NCBI GenBank assembly: GCA_964016885.1
Contig: OZ024743.1
Span: forward strand, 270,196,001-270,260,000
Reading direction: 5' to 3'
DNA from: Eledone cirrhosa
Taxonomy: Eukaryota
Length of the DNA: 64,000 bases
Position numbers and translations under genes: made by a program. Below the pieces are notes generated by a model. It did no database searches, had not been told where the DNA came from, and worked only from the letters and a program-made list of their open reading frames with translations. Of the stretch, positions 25,534 to 34,500 are shown one piece after another (positions within the stretch are counted from its first letter, which is position 1; every line of letters begins with the position of its first letter).

Positions 25534-28500
25534 TTAGTGGTGTTGGTAGGAGTGTTTGAGGTGGTGTGATGTTAGTGGTGTTGGTAGTAGTGTTTGAGGT
25601 GGTGTTGATGTTAGTGGTGCTGGTAGTAGTGTTTGAGGTGGTGTTGATGTTAGTGGTGTTGGTAGTAGTGTTTGAGGTGGTGTTGACCTTAGTGGTGTTG
25701 GTAGTAGTGTTTGAGGTGGTGTTGATGTTAGTGGTGTTGGTAGTAGAGTTTGAGGTGGTGTTGATGTTAGTGGTGTTGGTAGTAGAGTTTGAGGTGGTGT
25801 TGCTGTTAGTGGTGTTGGTAGTAGAGTTTGAGGAGGTGTTGATGTTAGTGGTGTTGGTAGTAGTGTTTCAGGTGGTGTTGATGTTAGTGGTGTTGGTAGT
25901 AGTGTTTGAGGTGGTGTTGATGCTAGAGGTGTTGGTAGTAGTGTTTGAGGTGGTGTTGATGTTAGTGGTGTTGGTAGTAGTGTTTGAGGTGGTGTTGATG
26001 TTAGTGGTGTTGGTAGTAGTGTTTGAGGTGGTGTTGATGTTAGAGGTGTTGGTAGTAGTGTTTGAGGTGGTGTTAACGTTAGTGGTGTTGGTAGTAGTGT
26101 TTGAGGTGGTGTTGATGTTAGTGGTGTTGGTAGTAGTGTTTGACGTGGTGTTGTTGTTAGTGGTGTTGGTAGTAGTGTCTGAGGTGGTGTTGATGTTAGT
26201 GGTGTTGGTAGTAGTGTTTGAGGTGGTGTTGATGTTAGTGGTGTTGGTAGTAGTGTTTGACGTGGTGTTGTTGTTAGTGGTGTTGGTAGTAGTGTCTGAG
26301 GTGGTGTTGATGTTAGTGGTGTTGGTAGTAGTGTTTGAGGTGGTGTTGATGTTAGTGGTGTTGGTAGTAGTGTTTGACGTGGTGTTGATGTTAGTGGTGT
26401 TGGTAGTAGTGTTTGACGTGGTGTTGTTGTTAGTGGTGTTGGTAGTAGTGTCTGAGGTGGTGTTGATGTTAGTGGTGTTGGTAGTAGTGTTTGAGGTGCT
26501 GTTGATGTTAGTGGTGTTGGTAGTAGTGTTTGAGGTGGTGTTGACCTTAGTGGTGTTGGTAGTAGTGTTTGAGGTGGTGTTGACGTTAGTGGTGTTGGTA
26601 GTAGTGTTTGAGGTGGTGTTGATGTTAGTGATGTTGGTAGTAGTGTTTGAGGTGGTGTTGTGTTAGCGGTGTTGGTAGTAGTGTTTGAGGTGGTGTTGAT
26701 GTTAGTGGTGTTGGTAGTAGTGTTTGAGGTGGTGTTGATGTTAGTGGTGTTGTTAGTAGTGTTTGGGGTGGTGTTGATGTTAGTGGTGTTGGCAGTAGTG
26801 TTTGAGGTGGTGTTGATGTTAGCGGTGTTGGTAGTAGTGTTTGAGGTGGTGTTGATGTTAGTGGTGTTGGTAGTAGTGTTTGAGGTGGTGTTGATGTTAG
26901 TGGTGTTGGCAGTAGTGTTTGAGGTGGTGTTGATGTTAGCGGTGTTGGTAGTAGTGTTTGAGGTGGTGTTGATGTTAGCGGTGTTGGTAGTAGTGTTTGA
27001 GGTGGTGTTGATGTTAGTGGTGTTGGTAGTAGTGTTTGAGCTGGTGTTGATGTTAGTGGTGTTGGTAGTAGTGTTTGAGGAGGTGTTGATGTTAGTGGTC
27101 TTGGTAGTAGTGTTTGAGGTGGTGTTGATGTTAGTGATGTTGGTAGTAGTGTTTGAGGTGGTGTTGATGTTAGCGGTGTTGGTAGTAGTGTTTGAGGTGG
27201 TGTTGATGTTAGTGGTGTTGTTAGTAGTGTTTGAGGTGGTGTTGATGTTAGTGGTGTTGGTAGTAGTGTTTGAGGTGGTGTTGATGTTAGTGGTGTTGTT
27301 AGTAGTGTTTGAGGTGGTGTTGATGTTAGTGGTGTTGGTAGTAGTGTTTGAGGTGGTGTTGATGTTAGTGGTGTTGGTAGTAGTATTTGAGGTGGTGTTG
27401 ATGTTAGTGGTGTTGTTAGTAGTGTTTGAGGTGGTGTTGATGTTAGTGGTGTTGGTAGTAGTGTTTGAGGTGGTGTTGATGTTAGTGGTGTTGTTAGTAG
27501 TGTTTGAGGTGGTGTTGATGTTAGTGGTGTTGGTAGTAGTGTTTGAGGTGGTGTTGATGTTAGTGGTGTTGGTAGTAGTGTTTGAGGTGGTGTTGATGTT
27601 AGTGGTGTTGGTAGTAGTGTTTGAGGTGGTGTTGATGTTAGTGGTGTTGGTAGTAGTGTTTGAGGTGGTGTTGATGTTAGTGGTGTTGGTAGTAGTGTTT
27701 GAGGTGGTGTTGATGTTAGCGGTGTTGGTAGTAGTGTTTGAGGTGGTGTTGATGTTAGCGGTGTTGGTAGTAGTGTTTGAGGTGGTGTTGATGTAAGTGG
27801 TGTTGGTAGTAGTGTTTGAGGTGGTGGTGGTGTTAGTGGTGTTGGTAGTAGTGTTTGAGGTGGTGTTGATGTTAGCGGTGTTGGTAGTAGTGTTTGTGGT
27901 GGTGTTGATGTTAGCGGTGTTGGTAGTAGTGTTTGAGGTGGTGTTGATGTTAGTGGTGTTGGTAGTAGTGTTTGAGGTGGTGTTGATGTTAGTGGTGTTG
28001 GTAGTAGTGTTTGAGGTGGTGTTGATGTTAGTGGTGTTGGTAGCAGTGTTTGAGGAGGTGTTGATGTTAGTGGTGTTGGGTGTAGTGTTTGAGGTGGTGT
28101 TGATGTTAGCGGTGTTGGTAGTAGTGTTTGAGGTGGTGTTGATGTTAGTGGTGTTGGTAGTAGTGTTTGAGGTGGTGTTGATGTTAGTGGTGTTGGTAGT
28201 AGTGTTTGAGGTGGTGTTGATGTTAGTGGTGTTGGTAGCAGTGTTTGAGGAGGTGTTGATGTTAGTGGTGTTGGGTGTAGTGTTTGAGGTGGTGTTGATG
28301 TTAGCGGTGTTGGTAGTAGTGTTTGAGGTGGTGTTGATGTTAGTGGTGTTGGTAGTAGTGTTTGAGGTGGTGTTGATGTTAGTGGTGTTGGTAGTAGTGT
28401 TTGAGGTGGTGTTGATGTTAGTGGTGTTGGTAGTAGTGTTTGAGGTGGTGTTGATGTTAGTGGTGTTGTTAGTAGTGTTTGAGGTGGTGTTGATGTTAGT

Positions 28501-31500
28501 GGTGTTGGTAGTAGTGTTTGAGGTGGTGTTGGTAGTAGTGTTTGAGGTGGTGTTGATGTTAGTGGTGTTGGCAGTAGTGTTTGAGGTGGTTTTGATGTTA
28601 GTGGTGTTGGTAGTAGTGTTTGAGGTGGTGTTGATGTTAGTGGTGTTGGTAGTAGTGTTTGAGGTGGTTTTGATGTTAGTGGTGTTGGGGGTAGTGTTTG
28701 AGGTGGTGTTGGTGTTAGTGGTGTTGGTAGAAGTGTTTGAGGTGGTGTTGATGTAAATGGTGTTGGTAGTAGTGTTTGAGGTGGTGTTGATGTTAGTGGT
28801 ATTGGTAGTAGTGTTTGAGGTGGTGTTGATGTTAGTGGTGTTGGGGGTAGTGTTTGAGGTGGTGTTGGTGTTAGTGGTGTTGGTAGTAGTGTTTGAGGTG
28901 GTGTTGATGTAAGTGGTGTTGGTAGTAGTGTTTGAGGTGGTGTTGATGTTAGCGGTGTTGGTAGTAGTGTTTGTGGTGGTGTTGATGTTAGTGGTGTTGG
29001 TAGTAGTGTTTGAGGAGGTGTTGATGTTAGTGGTGTTGGTAGTAGTGTTTGAGGTGGTGTTGATGTTAGTGGTGTTGGGGGTAGTGTTTGAGGTGGTGTT
29101 GGTGTTAGTGGTGTTGGTAGTAGTGTTTGAGGTGGTGTTGATGTTAGTGGTGTTGGTAGTAGTGTTTGAGGTGGTGTTGATGTTAGTGGTGTTGGTGTTA
29201 GTGGTGTTGGTAGAAGTGTTTGAGGTGGTGTTGATGTTAGCGGTGTTGGTAGTAGTGTTTGAGGTGGTGTTGATGTTAGTGGTGTTGGGGGTAGTGTTTG
29301 AGGTGGTGTTGATGTTAGTGGTGTTGGTAGTAGTGTTTGAGGTGGTGTTGATGTTAGTGGTGTTGGTAGTAGTGTTTGAGGTGGTGTTGATGTTAGCGGT
29401 GTTGGTAGTAGTGTTTGTGGTGGTGTTGATGTTAGTGGTGTTGGTAGTAGTGTTTGAGGAGGTGTTGATGTTAGTGGTATTGGTAGTAGTGTTTGAGGTG
29501 GTGTTGATGTTAGTGGTGTTGGTAGTAGTGTTTGAGGTGGTGTTGATGTTAGTGGTATTGGTAGTAGTGTTTGAGGTGGTGTTGATGTTAGTGGTGTTGG
29601 TAGTAGTGTTTGAGGTGGTGTTGATGCTAGTGGTGTTGGTAGTAGTGTTTGAGGTGGTGTTGATGTTAGCGGTGTTGGTAGTAGTGTTTGTGGTGGTGTT
29701 GATGTTAGTGGTGTTGGTAGTAGTGTTTGAGGAGGTGTTGATGTTAGTGGTGTTGGTAGTAGTGTTTGAGGTGGTGTTGATGTTAGTGGTATTGGTAGTA
29801 GTGTTTGAGGTGGTGTTGATGTTAGTGGTGTTGGTAGTAGTGTTTGAGGTGGTGTTGATGTTAGTGGTGTTGGGGGTAGTGTTTGAGGTGGTGTTGCTGT
29901 TAGTGGTGTTGGTAGTAGTGTTTGAGGTGGTGTTGATGCTAGTGGTGTTGGTAGTAGTGTTTGAGGTGGTGTTGATGTTAGCGGTGTTGGTAGTAGTGTT
30001 TGTGGTGGTGTTGATGTTAGTGGTGTTGGTAGTAGTGTTTGAGGAGGTGTTGATGTTAGTGGTGTTGGTAGTAGTGTTTGAGGTGGTGTTGATGTTAGTG
30101 GTGTTGGGGGTAGTGTTTGAGGTGGTGTTGGTGTTAGTGGTGTTGGTAGTAGTGTTTGAGGTGGTGTTGATGTTAGTGGTGTTGGTAGTAGTGTTTGAGG
30201 TGGTGTTGATGTTAGTGGTGTTGGTAGTAGTGTTTGAGGTGGTGTTGATGTTAGTGGTGTTGTTAGTAGTGTTTGAGGTGGTGTTGATGTTAGTGGTGTT
30301 GGTAGTAGTGTTTGAGGTGGTGTTGATGTTAGTGGTGTTGTTAGTAGTGTTTGAGGTGGTGTTGATGTTAGTGGTGTTGGTAGTAGTGTTTGAGGTGGTG
30401 TTGATGTTAGTGGTGTTGGTAGTAGTGTTTGAGGTGGTGTTGATGTTAGTGGTGTTGTTAGTAGTGTTTGAGGTGGTGTTGATGTTAGTGGTATTGGTAG
30501 TAGTGTTTGAGGTGGTGTTGATGTTAGTGGTGTTGGTAGTAGTGTTTGAGGTGGTGTTGATGTTAGTGGTGTTGGTAGTAGTGTTTGAGGTGGTGTTGAT
30601 GTTAGTGGTGTTGGTAGTAGTGTTTGAGGTGGTGTTGATGTTAGTGGTGTTGGTAGTAGTGTTTGAGGTGGTGTTGATGTTAGTGGTGTTGTTAGTAGTG
30701 TTTGAGGTGGTGTTGATGTTAGTGGTGTTGGTAGTAGTGTTTGAGGTGGTGTTGATGTTTGTGGTGTTGGTAGTAGTGTTTGAGGTGGTGTTGATGTTAG
30801 TGGTGTTGGTTGTAGTGTTTGAGGTGGTGTTGATGTTAGTGGTGTTGGTAGTAGTGTTTGAGGTGGTGTTGATGTTAGTGGTGTTGGTAGTAGTGTTTGA
30901 GGTGGTGTTGATGTTAGTGGTGTTGGTAGTAGTGTTTGAGGTGGTGTTGATGTTAGCGGTGTTGGTAGTAGTGTTTGAGGTGGTGTTGATGTAAGTGGTG
31001 TTGGTAGTAGTGTTTGAGGTGGTGGTGGTGTTAGTGGTGTTGGTAGTAGTGTTTGAGGTGGTGTTGATGTTAGCGGTGTTGGTAGTAGTGTTAGTGGTGG
31101 TGTTGATGTTAGTGGTGTTGGTAGTAGTGTTTGAGGTGGTGTTGATGTTAGTGGTGTTGGGGTTAGTGTTTGAGGTGGTGTTGGTGTTAGTGGTGTTGGT
31201 AGTATTGTTTGAGGTGGTGTTGATGTTAGTGGTGTTGGTAGTAGTGTTTGAGGTGGTGTTGATGTTAGTGGTGTTGGCAGTAGTGTTTGAGGTGGTTTTG
31301 ATGTTAGTGGTGTTGGTAGTAGTGTTTGAGGTGGTGTTGATGTTAGTGGTGTTGGTAGTAGTGTTTGAGGTGGTTTTGATGTTAGTGGTGTTGGGGGTAG
31401 TGTTTGAGGTGGTGTTGGTGTTAGTGGTGTTGGTAGAAGTGTTCGAGGTGGTGTTGATGTAAATGGTGTTGGTAGTAGTGTTTGAGGTGGTGTTGATGTT

Positions 31501-34500
31501 AGTGGTATTGGTAGTAGTGTTTGAGGTGGTGTTGATGTTAGTGGTGTTGGGGGTAGTGTTTGAGGTGGTGTTGGTGTTAGTGGTGTTGGTAGTAGTGTTT
31601 GAGGTGGTGTTGATGTAAGTGGTGTTGGTAGTAGTGTTTGAGGTGGTGTTGATGTTAGCGGTGTTGGTAGTAGTGTTTGTGGTGGTGTTGATGTTAGTGG
31701 TGTTGGTAGTAGTGTTTGAGGAGGTGTTGATGTTAGTGGTGTTGGTAGTAGTGTTTGAGGTGGTGTTGATGTTAGTGGTGTTGGGGGTAGTGTTTGAGGT
31801 GGTGTTGGTGTTAGTGGTGTTGGTAGTAGTGTTTGAGGTGGTGTTGATGTTAGTGGTGTTGGTAGTAGTGTTTGAGGTGGTGTTGATGTTAGTGGTGTTC
31901 GGGGTAGTGTTTGAGGTGGTGTTGGTGTTAGTGGTGTTGGTAGAAGTGTTTGAGGTGGTGTTGATGTTAGCGGTGTTGGTAGTAGTGTTTGAGGTGGTGT
32001 TGATGTTAGTGGTGTTGGGGGTAGTGTTTGAGGTGGTGTTGATGTTAGTGGTGTTGGTAGTAGTGTTTGAGGTGGTGTTGATGTTAGTGGTGTTGGTAGT
32101 AGTGTTTGAGGTGGTGTTGATGTTAGCGGTGTTGGTAGTAGTGTTTGTGGTGGTGTTGATGTTAGTGGTGTTGGTAGTAGTGTTTGAGGAGGTGTTGATG
32201 TTAGTGGTATTGGTAGTAGTGTTTGAGGTGGTGTTGATGTTAGTGGTGTTGGTAGTAGTGTTTGAGGTGGTGTTGATGTTAGTGGTATTGGTAGTAGTGT
32301 TTGAGGTGGTGTTGATGTTAGTGGTGTTGGTAGTAGTGTTTGAGGTGGTGTTGATGTTAGTGGTGTTGGGGGTAGTGTTTGAGGTGGTGTTGATGTTATT
32401 GGTGTTGGTAGAAGTGTTTGATGTGGTGTAGATGTTAGTGGTGTTGGTAGTAGTGTTTGAGGTGGTGTTGATGTTAGTGGTGTTGATGTTAGTGGTGTTG
32501 GGGGTAGTGTTTGAGGTGGTGTTGGTGTTAGTGGTGTTGGTAGAAGTGTTTGAGGTGGTGTTGATGTTAGTGGTGTTGGTAGTAGTGTTTGAGGTGGTGT
32601 TGATGTTAGTGGTGTTGGTAGTAGTGTTTGAGGTGGTGTTGATGTTAGTGGTGTTGGTAGTAGTGTTTGAGGTGGTGTTGATGTTAGTGGTGTTGGTAGT
32701 AGTGTTTGAGGTGGTGTTGATGTTTGTGGTGTTGGTAGTAGTGTTTGAGGTGGTGTTGATGTTAGTGGTGTTGGTTGTAGTGTTTGAGGTGGTGTTGATG
32801 TTAGTGGTGTTGGTAGTAGTGTTTGAGGTGGTGTTGATGTTAGTGGTGTTGGTAGTAGTGTTTGAGGTGGTGTTGATGTTAGCGGTGTTGGTAGTAGTGT
32901 TTGAGGTGGTGTTGATGTAAGTGGTGTTGGTAGTAGTGTTTGAGGTGGTGGTGGTGTTAGTGGTGTTGGTAGTAGTGTTTGAGGTGGTGTTGATGTTAGC
33001 GGTGTTGGTAGTAGTGTTAGTGGTGGTGTTGATGTTAGTGGTGTTGGTAGTAGTGTTTGAGGTGGTGTTGATGTTAGTGGTGTTGGGGTTAGTGTTTGAG
33101 GTGGTGTTGGTGTTAGTGGTGTTGGTAGTATTGTTTGAGGTGGTGTTGATGTTAGTGGTGTTGGTAGTAGTGTTTGAGGTGGTGTTGATGTTAGTGGTGT
33201 TGGCAGTAGTGTTTGAGGTGGTTTTCATGTTAGTGGTGTTGGTAGTAGTGTTTGAGGTGGTGTTGATGTTAGTGGTGTTGGTAGTAGTGTTTGAGGTGGT
33301 TTTGATGTTAGTGGTGTTGGGGGTAGTGTTTGAGGTGGTGTTGGTGTTAGTGGTGTTGGTAGAAGTGTTTGAGGTGGTGTTGATGTAAATGGTGTTGGTA
33401 GTAGTGTTTGAGGTGGTGTTGATGTTAGTGGTATTGGTAGTAGTGTTTGAGGTGGTGTTGATGTTAGTGGTGTTGGGGGTAGTGTTTGAGGTGGTGTTGG
33501 TGTTAGTGGTGTTGGTAGTAGTGTTTGAGGTGGTGTTGATGTAAGTGGTGTTGGTAGTAGTGTTTGAGGTGGTGTTGATGTTAGCGGTGTTGGTAGTAGT
33601 GTTTGTGGTGGTGTTGATGTTAGTGGTGTTGGTAGTAGTGTTTGAGGAGGTGTTGATGTTAGTGGTGTTGGTAGTAGTGTTTGAGGTGGTGTTGATGTTA
33701 GTGGTGTTGGGGGTAGTGTTTGAGGTGGTGTTGGTGTTAGTGGTGTTGGTAGTAGTGTTTGAGGTGGTGTTGATGTTAGTGGTGTTGGTAGTAGTGTTTG
33801 AGGTGGTGTTGATGTTAGTGGTGTTGGGGGTAGTGTTTGAGGTGGTGTTGGTGTTAGTGGTGTTGGTTGAAGTGTTTGAGGTGGTGTTGATGTTAGCGGT
33901 GTTGGTAGTAGTGTTTGAGGTGGTGTTGATGTTAGTGGTGTTGGGGGTAGTGTTTGAGGTGGTGTTGATGTTAGTGGTGTTGGTAGTAGTGTTTGAGGTG
34001 GTGTTGATGTTAGTGGTGTTGGTAGTAGTGTTTGAGGTGGTGTTGATGTTAGCGGTGTTGGTAGTAGTGTTTGTGGTGGTGTTGATGTTAGTGGTGTTGG
34101 TAGTAGTGTTTGAGGAGGTGTTGATGTTAGTGGTATTGGTAGTAGTGTTTGAGGTGGTGTTGATGTTAGTGGTGTTGGTAGTAGTGTTTGAGGTGGTGTT
34201 GATGTTAGTGGTATTGGTAGTAGTGTTTGAGGTGGTGTTGATGTTAGTGGTGTTGGTAGTAGTGTTTGAGGTGGTGTTGATGTTAGTGGTGTTGGGGGTA
34301 GTGTTTGAGGTGGTGTTGATGTTAGTGGTGTTGGTAGTAGTGTTTGAGGTGGTGTTGATGCTAGTGGTGTTGGTAGTAGTGTTTGAGGTGGTGTTGATGT
34401 TAGCGGTGTTGGTAGTAGTGTTTGTGGTGGTGTTGATGTTAGTGGTGTTGGTAGTAGTGTTTGAGGAGGTGTTGATGTTAGTGGTGTTGGTAGTAGTGTT

